A stretch of DNA of 34,623 nucleotides. It comes from Candidatus Woesearchaeota archaeon (GTDB taxonomy: Archaea; Nanobdellota; Nanobdellia; Woesearchaeales; BM511). A program made the position numbers and the translations under genes. The stretch is from contig JAAOYE010000077.1 in the NCBI GenBank assembly GCA_018221175.1, positions 1 to 34,623 on the forward strand, given 5' to 3'. Below the pieces are notes generated by a model, which saw nothing but the letters and a program-made list of their open reading frames with translations, was not told the origin of the DNA and did not search any database. The stretch's first letter is position 1, and each line of letters begins with the position of its first letter. Shown here piece by piece: positions 23,485 to 32,516 of this stretch.

Positions 23485-26235
23485 TTGACATACTACAACA
23501 AGCACATCAACGAAATCTTTACAGAACTCTCCACATCAGAACACGGCCTAGGAAAAAGAGAGGCAAACAGGCGTCTAAAATCAAACGGGCCAAATGAGAT
23601 AGCAAAAAAAAAGCAGTTTGACATTCTAAAAAGCATATTCTCCCAGTTCACAGACCTTCTCATAGTAATTTTGCTTATAGCTGCGATTATTTCCTTGCTT
23701 CTTGGAGAAAGAACAGACGCGATTGTCATAATCATAATTGTAGCCATCAATTCTCTTATCGGATTTTTGCAGGAGTTTAAAGCCTCAAAATCAATAGAAG
23801 CCCTCCAAAAGCTGGTAACTCCGACTGCCAGGATAATCCGGGATGGAAAAGAAATAGAAGTGTCTGCAAAAGATGTTGTAACAGGAGACATAGTAATTCT
23901 TGAAGAAGGAGACAAGATACCAGCAGACGCAAGAATAATACAGGAAAACGAGCTTAGAACAGATGAATCATCACTTACAGGAGAAAGCATCCCCCAAAGA
24001 AAACAGGCAAACATAATCTCAAAACAAGACATAGTTTGCGCAGACCAAAAAAACATGGTGTTTATGGGTACAAACATAACACATGGCAACGGTCATGCAA
24101 TAGTTACAGCAACAGGAAAAGAAACAGAGTTTGGAAAAATCGCTAGTTTGACAAAGGAAATACAAGAGGAAAAAAGCCCGCTTCAAAAAGAAGTAGCATA
24201 TATCGGCAAATTCACAGCAAAAGCAACAGCAATAATCGGGTTTTTAGTCATTTTAACAGGGCTTTTCATTGGCGAAGGATTTTTTAAAATGTTCTTTTTC
24301 GCTGTAAGCCTTGCAATAGCAGTTGTACCAGAAGGCCTCCCAACAACCTTGACGATATCGCTTGCTATAGGGGTTCAGCGGATGGCAAAGAAAAATGCAA
24401 TTATACGAAAGCTTCAGTCTGTAGAAACTCTTGGCTCTACAACCGTGATTTGCTCTGACAAGACAGGAACACTCACAAAAAACGAGATGACAGTTGTAAA
24501 GATTTTCGCAAACAACAAATTCATCAGGGTCTCAGGAGTAGGATACGAGCCAAAAGGAGATTTTTTTGATGAGAACAAGAAAATTGAAAGCATAAAAAAT
24601 TATGAGGCTCTTTTTAAAACAGCAGTCCTATGCAACAACGCAGCACTATCAGAGCCTGAAGGAAACAGGACGACATGGGGAATTATAGGGGACCCAACAG
24701 AAGCAGCTCTTCTTGTGGCAGCAAAAAAAGCAGGCTTTGATAAAAATGAAATGATGGATGATTACAAAAGACTACATGAAATGCCTTTTGATTCTGAAAA
24801 GAAATGGATGATTACAATAAATGAGTACAAAGGAAAAAACCATGCTTATTTGAAAGGAGCTCCTGGGGAAGTTATGGATTTGTGCGATAAAATAATGATT
24901 AATGGAAAGCTTCACAGGCTGACAAAAAGACTTAGAGAAGAAATAATCGAACTTGAGACCTCGATGGGTTCTGAGGCGCTTCGAGTGCTAGGCTTTGCAT
25001 ACAGAGAAGTTGATGATGACTTTTCGCATAGGAATGTGGAAAAAGAATTCGTGTTTTTGGGAATGATGGGAATGATGGACCCACCCAGACCAGATGTGAA
25101 GGAAGCTGTCAAGCAGTGCATGGATGCAGGAATAAGGATTAATATAATCACTGGAGACTTTGGTGAGACAGCTAGGGCAATAGCAAAGCAGGTTGGGATA
25201 GCTGATGACAATACACAGGTAATAACTGGTGAAGAGCTTGAAAAGATTGATGAGACCAGACTTACTGAGATACTAAAAAATGAGGTGATATTTGCAAGAG
25301 TTTCACCAGAGCACAAGCTGAGAATTGTGACTGTTTTGCAGGAGATGGGAGAAGTAGTAGCAGTAACAGGAGACGGTGTAAACGATGCGCCATCGCTTAA
25401 AAAAGCAGATATCGGAGTTGCCATGGGCATTTCAGGCACAGATGTATCTAGAGAGTCAAGCGACATGATTTTATCAGATGATAGTTTTACAACAATAATT
25501 TCTGCAGTTGAGCATGGCAGAAGAATCTATGACAATCTGAAAAAATTAATATTTTATATTTTTACAGGGATTACTGGCGAGCTTTTCACAGTGCTTTTCG
25601 CACTTATTTTTGGGTTCATGTTCAAACTGCCTTTGCCAATACTAGCAATACAAATACTGCTAATTGACTTAGGCGCAGAAATACTGCCTTCTTTAGCACT
25701 GGCTTTGGAGCCAGAAGAAAAAGGGATAATGCAAAGGCAGCCAAGGCAAAAAAAATACAGGATAATCAACAAAGGGATGCTCACACGCCTTGTTGTTCTA
25801 GGATGGATAATTTCAATTGGAGCAATATTCTTGTTTGTAAAAACCTTGATTTTAGGCGGGTGGGTGCCAGGACAAATTGTTGACACACACTCAGCGCTTT
25901 ATGCAAAGGCTACAACAATGGTGTTTGCAACTATTATAATATTTCAGATGTTTAACGCATTTAACTCAAAAACACAAAAAGAAAGCCTGTTTAAGACAAA
26001 CATATTAAAAAATCCATATTTGATTTTTTCTGTGATTTTATCCACACTAATGATATTTTCCTTCACCTATTTTTCATTCTTTAACACAGCACTTCACACA
26101 ACAAGACTAACACTTCTTGAATGGGGCCAAATTATTCTCATCTCTTCATCAATACTAATCTTTGAAGAAATACGAAAATTCTTTTTGAGAAATAAACCAG
26201 TAGCTCCCTTAAACAAGCCTTTTATAAATAAATAA
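23485..26235 (+). CDS. P-type ATPase, P2 (SERCA/Ca2+-ATPase-like) cation pump
   Basis: VPEGLP (TM4), ICSDKTGTLT and TGDGVNDAPSLKKADIGVAMG. TTG start supported by AGAGGGGA 8 nt upstream. Confidence 0.9.
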   Translation: MTYYNKHINEIFTELSTSEHGLGKREANRRLKSNGPNEIAKKKQFDILKSIFSQFTDLLIVILLIAAIISLLLGERTDAIVIIIIVAINSLIGFLQEFKASKSIEALQKLVTPTARIIRDGKEIEVSAKDVVTGDIVILEEGDKIPADARIIQENELRTDESSLTGESIPQRKQANIISKQDIVCADQKNMVFMGTNITHGNGHAIVTATGKETEFGKIASLTKEIQEEKSPLQKEVAYIGKFTAKATAIIGFLVILTGLFIGEGFFKMFFFAVSLAIAVVPEGLPTTLTISLAIGVQRMAKKNAIIRKLQSVETLGSTTVICSDKTGTLTKNEMTVVKIFANNKFIRVSGVGYEPKGDFFDENKKIESIKNYEALFKTAVLCNNAALSEPEGNRTTWGIIGDPTEAALLVAAKKAGFDKNEMMDDYKRLHEMPFDSEKKWMITINEYKGKNHAYLKGAPGEVMDLCDKIMINGKLHRLTKRLREEIIELETSMGSEALRVLGFAYREVDDDFSHRNVEKEFVFLGMMGMMDPPRPDVKEAVKQCMDAGIRINIITGDFGETARAIAKQVGIADDNTQVITGEELEKIDETRLTEILKNEVIFARVSPEHKLRIVTVLQEMGEVVAVTGDGVNDAPSLKKADIGVAMGISGTDVSRESSDMILSDDSFTTIISAVEHGRRIYDNLKKLIFYIFTGITGELFTVLFALIFGFMFKLPLPILAIQILLIDLGAEILPSLALALEPEEKGIMQRQPRQKKYRIINKGMLTRLVVLGWIISIGAIFLFVKTLILGGWVPGQIVDTHSALYAKATTMVFATIIIFQMFNAFNSKTQKESLFKTNILKNPYLIFSVILSTLMIFSFTYFSFFNTALHTTRLTLLEWGQIILISSSILIFEEIRKFFLRNKPVAPLNKPFINK

Positions 26236-26251
26236 TAATTTCTCAGAGTTT

Positions 26252-27925
26252 ATGCCAAAAAAAGAATATTACAAAGAGATAATATCAATATTAAAAGAGA
26301 AGAAACTCTCAAAAGAAGAGATAGCAAAACTAAAAATAAAGCTGTGCAAAAAGCACAAATGCAGAAAAATCCCAACAGACATCCAGGTTCTTCTAAATGC
26401 GAGCGTGGAGGATTTGAAAAAACTAAAGCTTGTAACAAAGCCAACAAGAACTATTTCTGGTGTGGCAGTCGTAGCTATAATGTCACAGCCTTTTGAATGT
26501 CCTCACGGCAAATGCATGATGTGCCCATCAAACGTAACTTTAGGGATTCCTCAAAGCTACACAGGAAATGAGCCTGCAACCATGAGGGGGCTTAGAAATA
26601 AATTTGATTCTTACCTGCAGGTATTTAACAGGCTTGAGCAATATGTTGCACTTGGCCAAAACTTTGAAAAAGTCGAGCTAATAATTATGGGCGGGACCTT
26701 TCTTTCATTTTTAGATAAATACAAGCAGGATTTTATCAAATACGCGTTTAAGGCGCTAAATGACTTTTCAGACATGTTTTTTGATAATGGCAGATTTAAT
26801 GTCATTAGGTTTAGAGAGTTTTTTGAGCTTCCAGGAGACATACAGGACGAGAAAAGAGGAGACAGGATTAGAAAGAAGATTAAGGATATGAAAGGAAAAT
26901 GCGAGTTATTTGCTGAGCAGATAAAAAACGACAAGAAATCCAAAGTAAAATGTGTTGGCCTTACAATAGAGACACGTCCAGACTTTGGATATTTAAAACA
27001 TGGAAATGAGATGCTTTCTTTGGGCGCAACAAGGGTAGAGATTGGAGTTCAAAGCGTCTATGACGACGTCCTTGAAAAGATTTGTAGGGGCCACACAGTT
27101 TCCGATTCTAAAAAATCGATTAAAGAGCTGAAGGATTTAGGATTCAAGCTCAATTTTCATTATATGCCAGGACTTCCAGGAGTGGACGAGAAAAAGGATT
27201 TAGAGGGAATGAAAAAACTGTTTTTAGACCTTGACTTTAGACCTGACATGCTAAAAATATATCCAGCAATGGTAATGCCAAAAACAAAGCTTTACGATGA
27301 GTGGAAAGCTGGAAAGTTTAGGCCAATAACAACAAAAAAAGCAATGAAGCTGATTAAAGAATTCAAAAAACACATTCCGTCATATGTGCGTGTAATGAGG
27401 GTGCAAAGAGATATTCCAACAAAAGTTATAGCAGCTGGTGTTGACAAGACAAATCTTAGGCAGTTAATTGAGGAGGAGGGTCATGAGTGCAATTGTATAA
27501 GATGTAGGGAGGTAGGGCATATTTATGCAAAAAAAGGCAAAAAGCCAAAAGAAGTAGAGATAAGAGTGCATGAATATGATGCGTCGGATGGAAAAGAGTT
27601 TTTCATATCTGCAGAGGACTTCAAGCAAAACATATTGGTTGGCTTTGCACGCTTAAGATTTCCAGCGCAATGCCTTAGAAAAGAGATAACTAAAGACAGT
27701 GCGCTTGTAAGAGAGGTTCATGTCTATGGAACAGCCACAAGTATTGGTGAAGAAGGGAAGGTGCAGCACAAAGGATGGGGAAGAAAGCTGCTCAAAAAAG
27801 CTGAAGATGTTGCAAAAAAACACAAAAAGAAAAAAGTGATAGTGATTTCAGGCGTTGGGGTTCGCGAGTACTACAAAAAGTTTGGATATAAACTAGAAGG
27901 ACCTTACATGACAAAAAAGATTTAA
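26252..27925 (+). CDS. elp3: Elp3-type radical SAM / GNAT tRNA uridine-34 modification enzyme
   Basis: SGVAVVAIMSQPFECPHGKCMMCPS radical-SAM cluster region and a C-terminal GNAT (HKGWGRKLLKKAE). Length and order match archaeal Elp3. Confidence 0.9.
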   Translation: MPKKEYYKEIISILKEKKLSKEEIAKLKIKLCKKHKCRKIPTDIQVLLNASVEDLKKLKLVTKPTRTISGVAVVAIMSQPFECPHGKCMMCPSNVTLGIPQSYTGNEPATMRGLRNKFDSYLQVFNRLEQYVALGQNFEKVELIIMGGTFLSFLDKYKQDFIKYAFKALNDFSDMFFDNGRFNVIRFREFFELPGDIQDEKRGDRIRKKIKDMKGKCELFAEQIKNDKKSKVKCVGLTIETRPDFGYLKHGNEMLSLGATRVEIGVQSVYDDVLEKICRGHTVSDSKKSIKELKDLGFKLNFHYMPGLPGVDEKKDLEGMKKLFLDLDFRPDMLKIYPAMVMPKTKLYDEWKAGKFRPITTKKAMKLIKEFKKHIPSYVRVMRVQRDIPTKVIAAGVDKTNLRQLIEEEGHECNCIRCREVGHIYAKKGKKPKEVEIRVHEYDASDGKEFFISAEDFKQNILVGFARLRFPAQCLRKEITKDSALVREVHVYGTATSIGEEGKVQHKGWGRKLLKKAEDVAKKHKKKKVIVISGVGVREYYKKFGYKLEGPYMTKKI

Positions 27926-27950
27926 TAATAGCTGTTTTTTCTAAGGATTT

Positions 27951-28898
27951 ATGCCAAAAGAAATACCAAAGTCCGAACATATAGAAATAAAACCAGGGTT
28001 TGAGAAAAGATATAGGGCTTTATGTTCTGATTATGACGAGTTTATGAAATACTCGCTTTCATTTCTTAGACGTTCAATTAGAGTTAACACTCTAAAAGCT
28101 GAAGTTTCTGATGTGAAAAAAAGGCTTGAGAAAAAAGGATGGATATTAACTAGTATTCCATGGTGCAAAGAAGGCTTTTGGCTAGATCATGTTGAAGGCA
28201 GGCGAGATATCGGAAACACAGAAGAGCACATGCTAGGTTACATCTATGTTCAGGGGGCAGCATCAATGCTCCCGCCACTGGTGCTTGAACCAAAACCAGG
28301 AGAAAGAACACTTGACATGTGCGCAAGTCCTGGCTCAAAATCATCTCAGATGGCTGCCATGATGAAAGATACAGGAGTGCTTGTATGCAATGACTACAAA
28401 GGGATGAGGGCAAGACCTCTGGGGATTAATCTTCAGAGGATGGGAAGTACAAACACAATAGTTTCGTTGATGGAAGGACAAAGGATAAAAGATATGGAGT
28501 TTGACAAAATACTTGTTGACGCACCTTGCAGCGGGACTGGAACCATTCGAAAGAGCTTAAAGACGCTTAGAATGTACAATGAAAACATGGTAAAAAGGCT
28601 GTCTGCAACGCAAAGACAGCTGATTGACAGAGCATTTAATCTTCTAAAACCAGGCGGTGTAATGGTGTATTCGACATGCACGCTTGAACCGCATGAAAAC
28701 GAAGCAGTTGTTAGCTGCTTGCTTGATAAGTATCCAAATGCAAAAGTGATGCCAATAAAAATATCCATTGAAAGAAGAGATCCAATTTTGGAGTTTGAAG
28801 GTGACAAATACAACCCACAAGTAAAGGATGCTCTAAGAATCTGGCCACAAGACAACGACACAGAAGGATTCTTTGTTTGTAAGATTAAGAAGGATTAA
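27951..28898 (+). CDS. NOL1/NOP2/Sun-family RNA cytosine-C5 methyltransferase
   Basis: DMCASPGSKS (motif I), DAPCSGTGTIRK (motif IV, PC) and YSTCTLEPHENE (motif VI, TC). Confidence 0.85.
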   Translation: MPKEIPKSEHIEIKPGFEKRYRALCSDYDEFMKYSLSFLRRSIRVNTLKAEVSDVKKRLEKKGWILTSIPWCKEGFWLDHVEGRRDIGNTEEHMLGYIYVQGAASMLPPLVLEPKPGERTLDMCASPGSKSSQMAAMMKDTGVLVCNDYKGMRARPLGINLQRMGSTNTIVSLMEGQRIKDMEFDKILVDAPCSGTGTIRKSLKTLRMYNENMVKRLSATQRQLIDRAFNLLKPGGVMVYSTCTLEPHENEAVVSCLLDKYPNAKVMPIKISIERRDPILEFEGDKYNPQVKDALRIWPQDNDTEGFFVCKIKKD

Positions 28899-29230
28899 TC
28901 CACTGCTATGTCTTTATTTTTAGGTTTATACCAAGCAGCATATGCAGTGGTATCTCCATATAAAACTTGAAATAAAATTAGATTTGGATGCCTTTTTTCA
29001 TGTTCCTCTAATTCTTTTTTATCTTCAACATCTTCAACATAGAAAGTTGTATGATTATTGTATCCACTCTCCATTATTATGCTTGGCCACTTATTAAAAT
29101 CTGAGCGTAACAAACTTTCTTCTAAACTCATTTCACATTCATCTGTAAAATGAAATACTGCTCTTCTTAAGTCACCATTGCTCGAAGCAATATATACTAC
29201 AGAATCCAAATCCACTTGGCCTCCTTCCAC
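28895..29230 (-). CDS. Hypothetical protein (111 aa, GTG start)
   Basis: ORF with protein-like composition and no recognisable motif. It overlaps the NSUN stop by 4 nt in convergent orientation. Confidence 0.4.
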   Translation of the reverse strand: MEGGQVDLDSVVYIASSNGDLRRAVFHFTDECEMSLEESLLRSDFNKWPSIIMESGYNNHTTFYVEDVEDKKELEEHEKRHPNLILFQVLYGDTTAYAAWYKPKNKDIAVD

Positions 29231-29358
29231 TTTTCATCTCCAAAGCTCTTAAACCATATTTATTGGTAAAACAACTATATTAATGTTGTGAATTCTTTGA
29301 GCTAGGTCAACAAACAACTTTAAAAGACATTGAGATTATTAAAAAAGCTGTTAAATAG

Positions 29359-29574
29359 CTACGCTATAACTCCAACTTTAAACTTCTTGTTTTTCTTTGC
29401 AGGCAAAATCTCATATTTTTTTATTCCCTGCTTTTTTGCCCAACCTTCTGCAGCTTCTTTTGTCTTGAAAGTTTTGGGCCCTTTTTTCTTGCCGTCGTCA
29501 CCTTTAAAGAAGTTAATATGCTTTTGGCTGGTTGAAAGCCCGTATCTTCTTTTTGTTCTAGTGTAAATCTTCAT
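29359..29574 (-). CDS. Hypothetical small basic protein (71 aa)
   Basis: Lys-rich ORF. The opposite-strand ORF in the track looks like a hydrophobic shadow. No SD and no recognisable family. Confidence 0.4.
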   Translation of the reverse strand: MKIYTRTKRRYGLSTSQKHINFFKGDDGKKKGPKTFKTKEAAEGWAKKQGIKKYEILPAKKNKKFKVGVIA

Positions 29575-29697
29575 AATACATAGAGGAGAAAATAGTTCAT
29601 TATTAAAGGTTTTGGAAATTTTCTAAGAAAATTTACAAAGCCTTGACAAATTCTTTGTCTTTGGTTGCGATTATAAAAAAATAAGAAAAAGTCCTGT

Positions 29698-29946
29698 TTA
29701 GTGGACCTTAGCATCAATTTTTTGAGGCGTTGAAGTTGTGAGTTCAGGCGCAACTTTTATTTCTGGCTCTTCTTTTAGCTTGTACACCCCTCTTTGTCTG
29801 TCTTTTAGCTCTGCTTGCTTGGAATCATTCCAGTTTTCAATAATAGAATAATATCCAACTACACGGCTCATACCATAAACATTTGCAGAAAAACAATTTG
29901 TGCATCTGGCTTTTTCGTGGCTTTTTTCGCTTGTCTTTTTTGTCAT
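29698..29946 (-). CDS. Stand-alone NrdD C-terminal (glycyl-radical) domain-like mini-protein (82 aa)
   Basis: CTNCFSANVYGMSRVVGYYSIIENWNDSKQAELKDRQ matches the class III ribonucleotide reductase C-terminus (CxxC...(S/T)R(I/V)xGY...(W/F)NxGKxxExxxR). GAGAGGT lies 7 nt upstream of the ATG. Confidence 0.65.
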   Translation of the reverse strand: MTKKTSEKSHEKARCTNCFSANVYGMSRVVGYYSIIENWNDSKQAELKDRQRGVYKLKEEPEIKVAPELTTSTPQKIDAKVH

Positions 29947-30003
29947 AGGGATACCTCTCTCTTTTTATAATCATCTCTTCAATTACTCTCTAGAACCACC
30001 AAA

Positions 30004-30023
30004 AACCACAAGATGTTGTGGTT
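30004..30023 (-). terminator. Hairpin plus T-run downstream of the coiled-coil gene
   Basis: AACCACAA (30004-30011) pairs with TTGTGGTT (30016-30023) around a 4-nt loop. On the minus strand the stem is followed by TTTGG. Confidence 0.35.
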
Positions 30024-30131
30024 GGACCCATGTTCTTATAACAAATTTAGTAGAACTACTCCTTTATATATTTTTTGTTGAAGCAGTATATAACTTTAAG
30101 GATATATTTTGAAAAAGAATGATTAAAACTT

Positions 30132-31016
30132 CTATTTTCCACTTTGCATGATAAGAAGGTCTTCTGTTGTGAGCTTTTTGCCTTTTTTTATCTTTTCTTC
30201 GACTTCTTCTGTTTTTTCTTTAAGGCTTTTCTTGACTTTCTTCTCTTTTTTCTCCTTGACTTTTTTCTCAAACTTTTTAAGATCTGACCTGATTTTGGCC
30301 ATTTCGTCAAGCTTTTCCTTTAATTTATTATTAATTTTTGTGTATTCATCCTTTTCCTTTATGAATACGTTAAGCAAATTCTTTTCTTCTTTTTTTAGAT
30401 CGTCAATCTTTTTTGAAACTTTTATCATATCTTCATGCAAATTTTGGCTTTCATCTGCGTCTTTTTGAACAGACTTATGAACAATGTTTGCCTCTTTACG
30501 AAGAGTTCTTACATCTCTTTGAGTTTCTCTTAGCTTTTCAAACACGTCTCCAGTGTCTTTTACGTTGCCAAGCTTCTTTTTTAAGGTGTTGATTTCTTTC
30601 ATGAGCTTTTGCTCTTTTTCAAAACCCATGCCTTCAGTCTCTATTTTGTACTCTATGTCCTCAATTTCCTTTTTGAGTCGCTTAGGGGACTCTCTTCTAT
30701 CTCCTTTTTTTAAAATCGCGTCCTTTTTAGCCTGAAGCTCTTTTAGAAATGCTACTTTGCCTTTTATTTTGGAATTTAGAATCTGCCTTTTTTCTTTGCC
30801 GTCTTTTACAGACCTAGTTTTTTCATCTCTTTGCTTTTTTAGCTGCTTTACTTTTGAGATGAGGTCAACTATCTCTTTGCCTGCTTCCTTTTTCTTTGTA
30901 AAAGTAACTTCCTTTTTAGAATTAGATTTGTTCATCTCCTCTTTTAAAGGAGTTGTTTCTTCTGTTAGTCTATCTAAAGCGTCTATTAGCTTCTTTTTTT
31001 CCAAGTCATTTGGCAT
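30132..31016 (-). CDS. Archaeal coiled-coil protein (COG1340-like)
   Basis: About 294 aa of K/E-rich heptad-like sequence throughout. Size and composition fit the conserved archaeal coiled-coil family. ATG 31016 is preferred over TTG 31028. Confidence 0.55.
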   Translation of the reverse strand: MPNDLEKKKLIDALDRLTEETTPLKEEMNKSNSKKEVTFTKKKEAGKEIVDLISKVKQLKKQRDEKTRSVKDGKEKRQILNSKIKGKVAFLKELQAKKDAILKKGDRRESPKRLKKEIEDIEYKIETEGMGFEKEQKLMKEINTLKKKLGNVKDTGDVFEKLRETQRDVRTLRKEANIVHKSVQKDADESQNLHEDMIKVSKKIDDLKKEEKNLLNVFIKEKDEYTKINNKLKEKLDEMAKIRSDLKKFEKKVKEKKEKKVKKSLKEKTEEVEEKIKKGKKLTTEDLLIMQSGK

Positions 31017-31091
31017 CGTTGTTCTCAACCTGCTATTAGTAAGAGATTAAAACCAAAAAATAACAAAAAATGGTTTATTTTTAAGGATGGC

Positions 31092-31415
31092 TTATCCAAA
31101 CAGTGCGCCTAGGCCTGCTGCAGCCTCTTCTTCCTTTTTCTCTTCTTTTACTTCTTCCTTTTTAGCTTCTGCTTTTGCTGGAGCTTCTCCTTGGGCTGCC
31201 TCAGCGCTTGCTGCGACTGGTGCTGCTGATGGAGCTGCAACTGCTGCTTTTTCAATAGCTTCGTCGATATTCACGTCGTCTAGTGCTGCAACTAGTGCTT
31301 TTATTCTTGCTGCGTCTGTTTTGACGCCTGCAGCTTCAAGCACTTTTTTCACGTGCGCTTCATCAACTTTTTTGCCAGCTTTGTGCAAAAGCATTGCTGC
31401 GTATACATATTCCAT
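31092..31415 (-). CDS. rpl12: Ribosomal stalk protein P1 (archaeal L12)
   Basis: [31 protein letters not shown]..., an Ala/Glu-rich hinge, and the conserved C-terminal GLGALFG. Confidence 0.95.
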   Translation of the reverse strand: MEYVYAAMLLHKAGKKVDEAHVKKVLEAAGVKTDAARIKALVAALDDVNIDEAIEKAAVAAPSAAPVAASAEAAQGEAPAKAEAKKEEVKEEKKEEEAAAGLGALFG

Positions 31416-31444
31416 TTTTTTGGGTTCCTCCATAATCATTCAAA

Positions 31445-32515
31445 TTATGCTTCAAGATTGGCAGATGAATCGCCACCCTCATTGTCTTTTTTATCTTCTG
31501 ATGGTGGTGATTGTACTTCCGGTTCATCGGCACTAGCAGTTTCACTGCTTTGTGTTGGTGTCTTTTCTTTTTCTTCTTTTGAAGTTTCTTCTTTAGCGTT
31601 TTCTTTTTGTTCTTCTGCTTCCGGTTTTTCCTCAAGCTTTTCTTCAGGTTTAGGCTCTTCTTTTACACTTTCTGGCACCAATGCTTTTAGGCTTTGCATT
31701 TGTGACTCTGCCTTTGCAAGGATGCTCGGAATTGTTTTGTCTGCTAAAATGTTTTGGGAAACCGAAAGAATTGTAGCCTCAAACTCTGCTTTTGTAATCA
31801 AGACTTCTGTTGTTAAATCATTGTATATTCCTGCTTCCATTGCAAGATTAAACGACCATCTGTGACCATTTAAAATATTATTTATGTACTCATCCTCGTT
31901 GATGTTAAGGGTTTCTTTTGTGAAAATCTCTCCATCTTCAATCGTTGCTGTTAGGTCAAGGCCTATTTCCATTGGCTCAATTCCAAGTCTTTGGAGAATC
32001 GCAGCGACATTTGCCGGGATTTCTTCTCCTTCCTTGACGACAATTGCTTCTTCTTTAATTGCGACTTTCCCAGCGTCAATACCTGCTTTTATTCCAATAG
32101 CTCCAAGTTCTCCGATAACCGGTCCTGGTGCAAACGGTGTTGGCCCTGCCTCAACAACTATGTCTTTTGGAGCGATTTGTCCTGCTTTTGCAGGTGCTGA
32201 AGATTTGTTTTTTTCAAGGTTTTTAAAAAGCTTGAAAGGGTTTTCTTTTGTAAATATTAGTGCTGGCTGTCCTTTTAGATATGGAATTATTTTTTCAAGG
32301 CCTTTTTTGTCTGCTTTTTCTAAAGCGAGTTTTAGAAGCCTTTTCTTTGTCATCTTTAGGACTACTTCATCTTTTCTAAGTTGCGTTCTCATGGTTTGAA
32401 GTTGCGGTGTTGGCATGCCTTCCATGTTCACAGCTCCAACTATTGGGTACTCTTGTGCTAGTTTTGCAAAGTCGTTCACTATTTGCTTTTTTGCTTGATT
32501 TACTTTTGCTGCCAT
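31445..32515 (-). CDS. rpl10: Ribosomal stalk protein uL10 (P0)
   Basis: MAAKVNQAKKQIVNDFAKLAQEYPIVGAVNMEGMPTPQLQTMR...APAKAGQIAPKDIVVEAGPTPFAPGP... ATG 32515 lies 1 nt after the rpl1 stop. Confidence 0.95.
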   Translation of the reverse strand: MAAKVNQAKKQIVNDFAKLAQEYPIVGAVNMEGMPTPQLQTMRTQLRKDEVVLKMTKKRLLKLALEKADKKGLEKIIPYLKGQPALIFTKENPFKLFKNLEKNKSSAPAKAGQIAPKDIVVEAGPTPFAPGPVIGELGAIGIKAGIDAGKVAIKEEAIVVKEGEEIPANVAAILQRLGIEPMEIGLDLTATIEDGEIFTKETLNINEDEYINNILNGHRWSFNLAMEAGIYNDLTTEVLITKAEFEATILSVSQNILADKTIPSILAKAESQMQSLKALVPESVKEEPKPEEKLEEKPEAEEQKENAKEETSKEEKEKTPTQSSETASADEPEVQSPPSEDKKDNEGGDSSANLEA

Positions 32516-32516
32516 T

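Noticed and set aside
31087-31865. Plus-strand ORFs of 149 and 170 aa (Ala/Ser-rich) opposite rpl12 and rpl10; similar plus-strand ORFs at 18131-18458 and 30148-31050
   Set aside because: They are antisense shadows of low-complexity Ala/Glu/Lys/Pro-rich coding sequence on the minus strand. They lack start context and have implausible composition.
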